This document shows positions 10,701 through 22,245 of a stretch of 26,253 bases of DNA, piece after piece (within the stretch, counting starts at the first letter, position 1; the number at the start of each line of letters is the position of its first letter). Both the position numbers and the translations under genes were made by a program. The notes under the pieces were generated by a model. That model was not told where the DNA came from and made no database searches. It saw nothing but the letters and a program-made list of their open reading frames with translations. This stretch comes from Catajapyx aquilonaris. Lineage: Eukaryota. The DNA lies in contig KZ538282.1 in the NCBI GenBank assembly GCA_000934665.2, positions 62,001 to 88,253 of the forward strand, written 5' to 3'.

Positions 10701-13700
10701 CATCCCCAATCTGAGGCCCGGGGTGGTATAGAGGCACCAAAGACTCCTCCATCACCGTGGGAATACCGCCCTGGGACCCTTGTGATGAACGCCACTTAGC
10801 CTCAGCACTCGTTTTCACTGGACATTGCCAGTGGAAACATAATGATATTATTCGCAACTCTATACTCAAGTTGGACCTAAATACTCTGACTTATGGATTG
10901 ATAATATCGATAGGTGTACGAATGAGGATTGCAAAAATCTCCATGGTGGCGCGCATAAATTGCAATGGTGTGGCTTGCAAAAATTGCAATAGTGGCTAAT
11001 GTGTGTGGTAGAACAGTGGATATTTGCCAGTGGCTTACAGGCCAAATCTTTCGGTTGGATGGCGTTCCTTACGTTGGCTCGATACAACCCTTTCCTTCGT
11101 CGTCTTCTTTTTTTTCTTATCCGCCAGCGACTGAAGAATGAGGTGGTGGCGGCTCATTTGAGCGGAACAATTTCGTTTCACTATTTCGGCTTCAAAGGGG
11201 CAGAATCCCCTGCGCGGTCGGGGAAAGCCAAAGTTCACACGCAGAAAATTGGCGACTCCTCCACAAATGCGAGGAGTGTGGCCAGCAGGCTGCATGGCCC
11301 AGGCTGGCAATCAGTTATTCTTAATTGGTACCATAAAGTGATCCCATACTTGTCCCTTGTGATTACGGAAAATTGCTAGTGGTAAAAGAAAATCATTCGT
11401 GTGTGTCTGGACGGGGGCACACACACTCACGCTATACATGAAATACAAACATACTAATAATGCGGAAGGGCACGTGAGACACAGGCACGTCAGGTAACAA
11501 GAAATTACGCATGCAACACGCAAAAATGCAATTTGTTTATCGCAATTTCCACGTAAACAATACCATCAGCTTGGGGGTTTTATTACATTTTATGGCCTCG
11601 TTCATGTTTCTCATTTGCTTTCCGAGTTTCGCATATATGCAAACCTTATCTTTCTGTTTTATTGCTATTCCCCACCGCATTTTTTGCGCGATTGTAACCA
11701 GAATAATTGGATTTGAAATATGACGCTTTTAGCCCTGCATTCCTTACATTTCCTGCACAGAGCACGTCCCTGATTAGTAGCTCATGTCGTCTGTACGTCT
11801 AGGATGACAGAGCAGATCGGAGGTTGTCAGAAATTCAGTCTCGACGTCTGTCTCACGGCCATTACCTTAGTCGTTACGGGGACTTCCTTTCCCTTGTTGG
11901 CGCAGCTTCCTTGGGGCCATTTCCAGGACGAGGCAATTGATTAACTAAGCAAACTGGGGCCATGCAGGGGGGCTCACGTATGCCGTAGAGACGGGGATTG
12001 CCTTTTCAGCATGTCCTCCCAGTGCCCACTCGTTTTATGGGACTACCATCAAAATGAGCTCCCTGCTCCAAGAAACATGTTGTTCCTGCAACCTGCGGTA
12101 TAGCCTATGCTCACTTTTACGTAGGGAAAATAATATATTCGGAACAATCTTACATTCCAGGCTTCAACAGACCACTTGACTGATTCTTGAAAAACATTTC
12201 ATGACAATTTGTCGTGAGAGCAATTCGAGGAAGGAAGGGGCGGAAATAACATGTATAGGCCTAATAATTTGCCCCAGTCTATTGGTACTTTGTCATACAT
12301 TATGCGGCTCGTAAAACGACATGGTTATTATCAATTCAGCTTTATTTTACGACTTTCCCCCTTAGAATCTGCGCTGGCACTAGAGAAATAAAAAGGGGCC
12401 CGCGTTGTTTTTTTTCTTTAATAGCTCTCGTGAGTCGGTAGCAGCAGGAGAAGCACGCCCTAGGCGAACATTTTACGTACATATTCTTCCACGTTATGCA
12501 CAGCTCCTCAGAACAGCCCCCCCCTCAAATCGCAACATGCTGAAAATTGACCGGTTTGGATCTCAACTCTGAACATGACACACAATGGCACACAGAATTT
12601 CAGTGTATTTTATCTCGCGTTGACAGCATCCATAAAAAGTCTGGCATAAAGATACAAGTCGCTTCAAAAGGTTATTTGATATCACATGACATTGTCACAT
12701 CGACGACGTCGACCTGGCGCTGAACTCAAAAAGTGAAATCGACTCCTATGGTTTATTCCATTCTCTAGTGTTACCGGCAGCAAAAGTCGAAGGCAGCCTT
12801 TTATCAGAAAATGAAAGGTGACGGGCAATGTATAGCTCCCAACTGCCCTCGAGGCTCTGCTGCAAGCAAAAACCTCAATAACTATAAAAAAAAACGGGGT
12901 GCTGCACATGTTTTCTGCGCAACTATCGCTGAAGCACCGCTCTTCTAAGAATATTATTGCATCGTAAAGACACACCCGTCTGCAAGACCGGCGCGGATTT
13001 TAAGTACCGCGTTTGTATACATGTCTGGTCACTTCAACATGGGACAGCAGGCCAAGTGAGTCGGACTTTCATTCCTTTATTTGCAATTTCTGAGGATTGA
13101 TGTCCCAAGAGCGTGGATTATGCACCAAACATGTACTGTATGGATGATACGTGTACTCGCACAATTCCAGCAAAATGTCGCACGTGCCCCACATTGCATT
13201 AATGCATAACGCAGCCAAATTCCTGGATCCAGCTATACGAGCGCAACATGAGTGCTCTTCATATAACCGACTATAAATAAACAAAATTATTTGCTCCTTT
13301 CCAACAAATATCACGTTAATGCATGGCACCGTGACGCAAAACAACGCTAATGCATAATACAGAAGTACGTGTGCACTCCGGTAAGTAAATTACGCCATAC
13401 ACGCACGAGTAAATTCTGGTTCTCAAACTTGGAGAGTACCATGATCCGAATCGAGCGTGTGGCAGCGCCATTTTTTAAATTTGATTCCCTCGGTTTTAGC
13501 ATACATCTCATGTGCTGTCTGGGCTATAAACGCTAATGAGTAATTAGGCATCGCTTCTCGGGATCACTTATTCAATTGGAAAATCAGAGCCGCATTTCCG
13601 TAAAGAGCGCCTAACAAACGCAAAGCCCGCGCCTCATTAATTTTACAGTATGCTAATTACCAATCTGCAAAGTGTACGACCGCGAGGCGGGTCTCTGGGA

Positions 13701-14313
13701 GGGCAAAAATTGAGTTTGACGCCAATGGCAGACCTCGTCCGCGGTCGCGGTCGCTCGGTCCTAGCTGCTGCCACTGCCGCTGACGAAGTCCGCCACGGTC
13801 CCGTTTTCAAAATGAATCAGTGATGAAGTTGAGCAGCAGGTGACAACTTCACATGCCCCAACTTTGACAAGAGTGCTGGTGGTTGGTGTCCGTCCCATGC
13901 CGAGTGCCAAACACTACACGATGCATATTCTCAAGCACTTGATACGTGTTATCATCATCCCTTGCCAACACATGATTGAACGACGACGCCCCGGTTCCAC
14001 GGTTTTAATGCGAACGTGTTTTCCAGGGTTTTTACTCGCCGGTTTCTCGTCCAGAAGTGTTAAAGTATTAACCCAAGTGCGCCTGTAAAAGCGTGAGTGT
14101 AAAATCAGCCCGCAAAAATCCCGTATAAAACCCACCAGAGGCAGTGACGCGTCGCGTAGTGTGCCGCAGCATAATTTACGCCAATGTTCGCCGCCCAATG
14201 ACCTGTCAGGAGGTTGCAACCATTATTTCCGATTACACAGGATCGTAATTTTGCATCAAACAATGACGGCCGATAAAATTTCCCTGCCGAAAAGATTCAT
14301 GGAGTGTACTTAC

Positions 14314-14508
14314 ACTGCACGTCCAACCGGACTTGAATCTCCCTGGATTTGGTTATGTACGCCTCGTGCAAAGCCACGCAACGCAAAGTCTTGTCGTTTT
14401 GCTCCTTTTGGAAGGTGTACTCCAGGATGGAAATGGACATCCATGTTTTGGCACGGTCCAACTCGGTCGTGTTCGTCTGATTGTTGCCCTCCAGGATCTC
14501 GTCGTCTC
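14314..14508 (-). CDS. Internal exon B of IgSF cell-adhesion gene (C-terminal half of the same Ig domain)
   Basis: Acceptor attccgtttcag|GA and donor CAGT|gtaagt; 195 nt, phase 1-1, in frame with exons A and C. Translates (G)DDEILEGNNQTNTTELDRAKTWMSISILEYTFQKEQNDKTLRCVALHEAYITKSREIQVRLDVQ(Y), with the second Cys in LRCVALH. This frame is absent from the ORF track. Confidence 0.93.
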
Positions 14509-15311
14509 CTGAAACGGAATCACATTGTACTCATTGTTGAAGTTTATTTTTCTTCTTTGTTCTGAAGATGACGTCACTCTTCCTCTCTGTAAAAGTGAAT
14601 AACACGCCCTTTGTTTTCCAGATGATATTATATGGGTCATGTGAATTGTTACAAATGACGGTCAATTTACAACCTAAAGTGAGAGGTGACTTGAATAGGC
14701 AACTTCCAACCCAACCCAGATATGGGTATATGTCACAAGTAATTTTCGAGCGTGTAAGCCTAATTCTAAACACAAAATTGCATCAGGCGTGAAGTACAAT
14801 TTCACGCGGGTTTAGTTTGGTTTTTGCCCGTCATGACTGCGCTTTCATTGAATAATTCCTTTGTATTCATACACAGCGTTGTTGACGTCTAAAGAGAGAT
14901 TACAGGCAGCCTATAGGTTGTCAGTCAGGGGGCTGGCAGAGTCGGGGGTTCAAACCCAGCTCGTTTTCTGCCAACCATTGTTATGACTGGTGGGAAACAG
15001 GCAGGCATTAGCCTCATGTTTATGAAAGTGGTTGCCAGTTACGAGGCCGAGGTGCCGCTGTTTACACTCTGCCGGTAATTGCGACGGGCTGGATGTGGCA
15101 AAAGTTGTGCCGTGGGGGTTTTGTCCGCGAGTTTTGTTCCTCGCGGATTTATTGCCTCCGAGGCTACGAGTGAATTTATCAATTAGTATGCGATTGATGG
15201 CCAGCCCGGCATGCGTGAAGGGAATTTCGCTAATAAATATCCGCACTGGACGTCAACAATTAATTCAGAAGCTCTCACGGGGCTGACCAAAATGGCATGG
15301 TGTTCACTTAC
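14509..15311 (-). other. Intron (803 nt, GT-AG, phase 1) splitting an Ig domain
   Basis: gtaagt donor at 15311 and ttcag acceptor at 14509; KWFI-G-DDEI junction. Confidence 0.9.
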
Positions 15312-15455
15312 CTATGAACCATTTGAGGAGGGCTGGCGGATTCCCGTAGCGACTGATGCACTTGACTGCAGTCCGCAGTCCGGCTTTGGTGGTAAAGTTC
15401 CTGTCCTGTAGGATCAACGTGGTGTTGTGCTCCACCTGCGGCGGGCTGGGACCCA
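15312..15455 (-). CDS. Internal exon A of IgSF cell-adhesion gene (N-terminal half of a C2/CD80-like Ig domain)
   Basis: Acceptor tttttttgtaccgtcattgcag|TG and donor ATAG|gtaagt; 144 nt, phase 1-1. Translates xGPSPPQVEHNTTLILQDRNFTTKAGLRTAVKCISRYGNPPALLKWFIG, with the C-x4-GNP-x5-W Ig signature and sequons NTT and NFT. Confidence 0.92.
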
Positions 15456-16232
15456 CTGCAATGACGGTACAAAAAAAGTGGGTTAGAGAGAGGACCCATT
15501 GCGGCATTTTTTTGAGCGAAATAACATTTCGTAAAAACAGGAGGGTGGTACCAATTGGATGTCCCCACTCAACATGGTGTCACCAGGGAGTTATGCCGAC
15601 TTTGGCTAACTTAATTTGCAGCCTTATGTTTCTGGTTGGATGGTTGACGCCCCCTATATTATGAGCCAAAAGTTGCGCAATTTTTTTGTAGCCAACTCCA
15701 ACGTTCGGCACGTGCAAGAAACCGTAACAGTGATAAAAATGGGCCCAGAAGGGGTAGTTGGCGCAAAGTGATTTCGACTGATGCCACTCAAACCAGCGTC
15801 AGCTGCAGCTATAAAAACGCATCGTTTCGTTCCATTAGTTGAAATAAATTTTTGCAGACGGCTGCAAAGTCGCTCTGAATCCAATGGACATCATCCTACA
15901 TTTCTCCCTCAGCCTGGCCGCCCAAGTGCCTCCCAAAAGCCCGCATAAAAAAATTGGTTGGGCCCGGGTAGTTTTGACAACCTCTTTTCATCCGTGCTCG
16001 GACAAAGTGGTCCGGCATAAAAATTAACGTCAGGAGGTGTGTATTAGCCTGCTGGTCGTGCACTGATCGATGGAGAGTGTTCATGTAGACGGAACTTTAT
16101 CCTCGTTAGCATCACCGCCGTTGATACATATTCCACTTGTCCACACTCACATCTGCTTCAAACACGCAAAACCGAGCGCCCACTAGTGCAATACCACTCT
16201 ATGAAGGAATGCAATTTGCAATAACACGTTTT

Positions 16233-16259
16233 TTGTTGTTGTTGTTGTGTGTGTGTGTG
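16233..16259 (+). repeat. Compound (TTG)n(TG)n microsatellite
   Basis: ttgttgttgttgttgtgtgtgtgtgtg. Confidence 0.9.
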
Positions 16260-16809
16260 GGAGCGTTTGAAACATCCGAATGCTAGGGATGAGGAAGAAT
16301 TGAAAATTCCATTTGCGCGGTTCGTGGTGCGTAAAGGAGGCCCACAGAATTTCTCTTACGAATAGGTGGATTCCCCTGGACGAGATGACCAAAAGGATTC
16401 CGCGTAAAATGAGAGAGGGGGAGGGATGGGGGAGAGGGGAAGGACATAACAAACGGGTCAGGAAAATGCTGGTTTTATTGCATCTCTAATTGCAAGTTGC
16501 GTGAGAGGGAGACTAAGCCTTGGTATGGGATTTTTGGGAGATTCTTCGTGTACTGACGTCACCTACTCATCCATACGCATGCAGAGTAGGCTTTAAAAGT
16601 ATAATCTGCTAGCTTTCGGAACGACGCCCCAGCCATGTGATATGTTTTCCAAAATCATCCTTTTCTAGCTCTTCCATACATAAAATATAGAACACCACAT
16701 TCCCCTGAGGGCCTACGCACTGTTTTGAGCAGAAACATCAATACTTTTTTGTGTGGACCGTACCAAAAATAATGAAACAACTTTTTTTTTAAATACGCCA
16801 TTTGAACTA

Positions 16810-17441
16810 CAGGGTGATTCTCCCGAATGGAAACCCAAACATTCCTCAAAAACTTTTTCACTATGGTATGGTTCCCGATGAAAACTGACATGTACTTACC
16901 CTGTATCATGCCAAACAAGGTCTGACTAAAGAATATACCAAAAGTGGTCCCCTCCAGTATCCAAGAATTTTTTAATGAGAGTCTGCATATTGCCGAAGAC
17001 TCCTAAGATGTGGCGGCGGGGACGGCATCAATCTCCCGCCCGCCGCGCGCCGTAAGGCGTCTTTGAGAGCATCAATTGTTCGAGGGTTATTTTTGTATGA
17101 TACACAGCCCTTCAACAAACTCCGCGAGAAAAACACCCCCCCTCCCCCTCCCCCCATCATACCCCAAAACGAATTGGACTGTTTCCGTGGCCTTGAGATG
17201 CCCAAGCAGGTGTTTCACTCCCGCCAAGTCAGTGTCCACATCTGCAGGAGTCTTCGGCAATATGCAGACTCGCATTAAATTCTTGGAATCTGGAGGGGAC
17301 CACTTTTAGTATATTCATTCGTCAGACCTTGTTTGGCATGATACAAGGTAGGCTAAGTACATGTCAATTTTCATCGGGAACCATACCATAGTTAAAAGTT
17401 ATTGAGGAATGTTTGGGTTTCCATTCGGGAGAATCACCCTG
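16810..17441. mobile_element. Fold-back non-autonomous Tc1/mariner element (632 bp, ~204-bp inverted arms, TA TSD)
   Basis: TA|CAGGGTGATTCTCCCGAATGG...CCATTCGGGAGAATCACCCTG|TA. Arms 16810-17013 and 17236-17441 are reverse complements, identical for the first 40 bp with scattered mismatches and indels after that. Confidence 0.93.
16926..17133 (-). pseudogene. Frameshifted C-terminal fragment of a mariner-like (rosa/DD41D- or maT/DD37D-type) transposase
   Basis: Reading across frameshifts gives FFSRSLLKGCVSYKNNPRTIDALKDA / REIDAVPAAT / GVFGNMQTLIKKFLDTGGDHFWYIL*. This matches the recalled family C-terminus DFFLWGxLKxxVYxNNPxTIxxLKxAI...CxxxGGxHFxHxL*. Confidence 0.8.
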
Positions 17442-19715
17442 TATATACCTAGTTGACAGCACGCTGGCACAAGTGCCCTCGGTGTAACTTGTGTGAGATA
17501 CATTATTCATATGGGGAGCAACATGTGGGGGAAGTGGCTGCGGCAGTGGCTTGGCTTCCTCCATGTTTACACCTGCTTGGATTTTAGAGAGCCCAGCAAA
17601 GGCGGTTTTGAGGCTGGAGTAAAAACAGATTGCAAGTTTCTAACTCTTGTCACAGACTGAATTTTTTTGTGCGTTGCAAGATGACTTACAAGCCACAGAA
17701 ATGCACTCTGTCTAATGGCAGGCAGACAGGCAAGCTGTGTAGCTTGGAAGGTAGAGTAGCATTGATTTCTCCCAGCTCATACAATTTCAGATGCAGAGAA
17801 AGCGAACCTGTTGCCAGTGCCTTTAAACTCTGGAACTGGTATACAGTTCTAGACGTTTTCAAACGGGGTGGTAGGGAAGGGATGGGGAAAAAACGCTATC
17901 GGTTGCTTCAAACGTGGTAAATTTTTTAACGCGTTTGTCGAGCTGATGAGATGCGAGTCAATTTTACATTCCTTTGCGGCGCGGTAGCCTGAAAAAAAAC
18001 GTGGGTGCTTTTTCAGGTACGCCCGAAGCATAAATTTTAGATATCATTTGAACACTGCCTTAGTTCCAATTCAATAATTCTGGTTAATCCTTCGAGTTAG
18101 TTCCATTCATAATTGCTCGTGTGATTTAAAATGCAAATATAGAAATATACTTCGATTATGCTTGTAGTAAAATAAAAAGGCTCGATTTCTGAGGCCGGCG
18201 CACTCTTGGCAGGCATTTTATATGAATAGGTCAAGGTTGTCTACAGTAGTTTCCAGGAACGTGGAATTTTAATAGAACGCCAGGCTCTTTGAGCAAAATT
18301 CTGATAGTGAATTTCGCATTTCCCAATGTTGATTTTACTACGCTATTTGAGGTAATTATTTTCCAGCACTAATGATCAGGGAATGACTTTTCCTTCAGAT
18401 CATCGGGTTTTTACGGGGTGTTAGTGGGCAGGCTTAATCACACTTTTGTCCAACAAATTAAACCGCTCGTGACAGACCAGTAGCCTTTGGAAATGCGGCA
18501 AGGCATGAAAGCGTTAATCCACTGCCCCTGCAAATTAGGGCCAAAAACTCAGCCGGCTTCATATTTTTTTACTTCTGGTGAAGTACATGAGTCCAGACAA
18601 CTGTTGATATGCGAGATGTGCGCATTGGTGAAAATGTCGGCGCGGTAACTCCTCCTGATTGTACATCAGAGTTTAGAGTCATAGCCTGGTTACGCGAATC
18701 CCTCAGGCAGTGTTCGCATCAAAAGCCCAGACCCACCAAATGAAGTGGATATGATGAAGCAGCGAGTTTCATACACGACCTCCCCGAGTATAGGACAAGA
18801 GACGACGCCCTTTTTCTATACCACTACCCGTGCCATATTTCACGCCGCAACTGAAGGACCCTGCTGAGAGCCAATGTCGGTCTACTTGTCGTTTCCGAGA
18901 AACGCAGGCAGCTAAAAAAAAACTCGGTAACGGAAAAGCAAGTCCATTCTACACGACGTATACCCGACCAGTCTCTCTCTCCTCCATCGTTTGACATGCA
19001 CTAGGTCGTCCCCCAAATGGAATTCCATTTGCTTCTGTAGCCTTTGAGCTCGAAAATTAGTCGCACCGAGAAGTGACTATGTGCAGAGTTAGTTGGGCTG
19101 ACTTTCTACTCGGCACTAGCAGGGCCTCTGATGCAGGTGCATACCAGAACTGATGGGATTCGCGCCGCACTTGCACTGACTGCTCGCATGGCTTATTCAG
19201 TTAGGCCGCGCGGCACTCTGTTGCGTCACTGCGGCGTCTCCACCAGATAAGCTGGTTGGTGCATATTTTCGGTTGAGGTTAGACCATGGTGGCCATTGCT
19301 ACCAGGCTGATTTCCGACTACAAAGCAGATGCTGCATCAGGTACCGATACGATGACCTTAATGACGGAAGGAGTCTCGTCTTCCGCTTTGAGGAGGAATC
19401 GAAGACGCGGCTGACTACTGATGTAACCCACCGGTGGAACACTGGGAAGGAGCAGAGAGAGGAAGAGGCAACGGCATAATATAGCGTGGCTTCTCTTCCA
19501 GCAAGCAGCAGGCTCGGTTATCTGCTCAGGGAAAGCCAATAATTTCATATCCTAGGCCGCCTTCGTGTAACTGGAGATAGAGGTAGCCTGGAGATGGGGT
19601 AATAATGCTCCATTACATCCTCCACAGCCGTCTCACCCGACTTTGGTGCACTCCACTACTCAACTTATTGGCACGGCTCGAGTGAGCGCCCTGAATTTCT
19701 TCTTCTTGGGGAGTC

Positions 19716-19740
19716 GAGAGAGAGAGAGAGAGAGAGAGAG
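19716..19740 (+). repeat. (GA)12 microsatellite
   Basis: Read directly. Confidence 0.95.
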
Positions 19741-22144
19741 CAGAAAACACTCCCAGCAGCCAGCCTTCCCCAGCAGCAACCCCCCTCTCGCATCTTGCCA
19801 AAATAAAAAGCCCCCTGTCGAGCTGGAGGTCACCGTTCCGGCAGCACAGATAAGGTGAGGTGGTGCAGCATTGGGATTTGCATTTAGATGGCCTGCTCGG
19901 TAAATAAATTCCTACCTCGTTCTTCCGTTTGCAAAAGAAGCCCTGGAATTTATCGGAGGGCGACTATGGCTTCCTCGGGTGCCGTACTATAGTTGCATGG
20001 AAGACTAATATGTCGGCGAGCAAATTCGAGACACCGAAATGGAATTGCTCCCGCCCTTCTATTTGTCCGGGTTAATTCGATTGCGGGGAACAGCCGCTGA
20101 GAGCACGCGCTTATCTGCCAACAATTACGCCGAGTTGGGTCCGTCGGAAGAACTTAACGTCGCCTCACCTCAACACTAGTGCCTTGGACACACCCTTGCC
20201 TTCTATAGCCCGCCTATTGTCTGCGGTACCGCATGCGGAGGAAAGCGAACAAATAATGGCCACTGATATTGTACGTATAGTACACGGTCTGCTTGGCATG
20301 GATAAGCCCGCAGACATGCGGCGGGCTTCTGCTTGCACAAGCAAGTCACATCCATTTGATGGCGTATAGAGTCGAGATTAAGAGACACTCTAGGGATGAG
20401 TCGCATGCAGTCGTCTGCCAGCAAGAAAATATTCTGTCCGACAAGTTAATTAATTGAGGATGTGAGTAGAAGGGCAGAAAATGTGGCGGAGTTTGAGTAC
20501 TCTGGGCTGGTTGGTGCGAGTTCAAAATGAAATCCAAGCTGACTGTTTGGCTTGGGTTCAATGAGCCTCATCCACCAGCCAGCACTAGCAGCAGACTGGG
20601 CCTGAGTGAATAGGGAAGAGTATGTGGATGGAGGGGATAAATCAGGAATGAGTCTGTATGGGCTGGCATGATGCCACCCACTGCAGAAGAAATAACAAAG
20701 CCCACCCCACCACCACAACCTCGCCATAATTCACAAGCTGCTCCTTCATCTGCCACTTTGTCAATGAGAAAGATCTATTTCTGCTGCGTGGGATACTCTG
20801 GGGCCTCCCCCAGCAGGCAGCCATGGCCCCCTGATGCTAGCTGGAATTGCCCGAGCTAGGTTTGGCTCTGACAACAATTAGGCTCACAAATTCATCCATG
20901 CCCAAACTTTTTGCTTCTTCTTCTTCTGCTGCTGCTACTACTGGATGGGGTGGAGAAGGAGGAGAAGTATCCCGTCCCTTGGGGGGACCATGTTGGAAGC
21001 TTTCGCAAGAAGGTGCATTATGTTTGTCGAATCGATCGGGACAATATATCATCTGGCTGAGTTTAACTAATTCGGAAGTTACACAAACAGAAACAACTCG
21101 AACGTTATGGAATCTTCATGAATATGCATGGGAGTAATCCTATTGTGCCTTGCCTACGTGAATTATTTCTCAAAAGCGACGCAAAAACTTGCGGTACCAA
21201 GAGCTGCACAGCTCAAGTTATTTTGGTCTGGCCTATTTTCACACCGTCTTGTCGTCTTCTAACCCCTCTGAATATCCGAGAAAACGCATCAAAATCCTCA
21301 TCAATACTGTCGAAATTTGCATACGGTTCGCGTTTGTCCCTAGGGAGACCTGCATCTTTTGCACCTCCACAAAACTTGCTCTCTGATCTCGTGGGTATAC
21401 ACCCATCACAAAGGGAATAAGGCAGGTCGGTACGCAGATCCCTTTTATTTCCTTCGGGACATTTCTCTTTTTCTTCTCTTCCAGATATTTTTTTTTGTTG
21501 TTTGGCAGCGATTTTGTTTGCCCCTACCATTTTTTTCCCTCTAAAGCCCATGCTATAGGTTGGTAAGGATGCTGCAGCAGAGGTGCATCCGAGAGTGAAC
21601 TTGACTTCCCTCCAACTTTGCCAACTTTAGCGTGAGATTGACCTGCAGGGCTTCCAAGTGCAAGAATGGAATTCTACGGGTCAGAATCTGGGAAGGAATT
21701 TGCTGCGAGATTATTACCAGGCGCCTAGGATGTCCACCGTGGGATTGTAGAAAAGTGGTTTCAATTTTCTTATACGAGGAAAAGAAAATTGCACAACTTT
21801 TGTAAGCTTCAGAAATCCCTTCTGTCACGTTCCGGATTGGGTGCCGTCAAAAGTTGCTTCGCCGGTAAACGGAAAGAAAGATCATTCATTATATCCGACT
21901 CTTCTGCGCAGGTTCCAATAAAATTATCTCCATACGTCTTCCCAAGATTGTCAAGCACTAATTTATTAATGACGGTGCCGACGCGACGGTACAAAGGTTG
22001 CATGCCCTTGGCTATACAGCCGTACCCAGCCAGGGATGAAAGGAACTATAGCTATTGTGGAGTTTGTTCTCCGGGTCGGCATAGAGGGAAAATATCACGG
22101 CCAGTTCAGAAGTCTTCCTCAACTGGCCGTGGGAAATATGGTAC

Positions 22145-22245
22145 GGGGCTGTCCATAAATTGCGTAATGCTCTTAGGGTGGGCGGGTGTAATCCCAGCGT
22201 TCCGGTTCGTTACGATGGGGAGTTGGTCAACGTTAGGTATAACGT
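22145..22245 (+). mobile_element. Decayed single end of a DNA transposon/MITE
   Basis: GGGGCTGTCCATAAATTGCGTAATGC, then a G-rich tract and CGTTACG-like motifs. It resembles a common invertebrate MITE terminus (recalled). No matching opposite end was found. Confidence 0.4.

Larger units (their letters stand above)
1033..14313 (-). other. Intron (13,281 nt, GT-AG, phase 1) between exons B and C
   Basis: gtaagt donor at 14313 and gcag acceptor at 1033; the protein reads continuously (LDVQ-Y-LPIA) across it. Confidence 0.85.
772..15455 (-). other. Partial multi-exon gene, join(15455-15312,14508-14314,1032-772): Kirre/IrreC/Nephrin-like Ig-superfamily protein, resembling insect teiresias/faint sausage-type
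   Basis: The three exons join without stops (G|GA=Gly, T|AT=Tyr) into about 200 codons with two tandem Ig domains. The family assignment is from recalled sequence similarity, not a search. Flanking exons were not found in the window. Confidence 0.85.

Noticed and set aside
1033..14313. Recursive splice site in the 13.3-kb intron
   Set aside because: AG|GT junctions seen (about 10246 and 8811) lack either a polypyrimidine tract or a strong donor.
14934..14957. Pol III A-box/B-box-like motifs (TGGCAGAGTCGG, GGTTCAAACCC)
   Set aside because: The boxes are adjacent with no spacer, and there is no tRNA fold or SINE tail.
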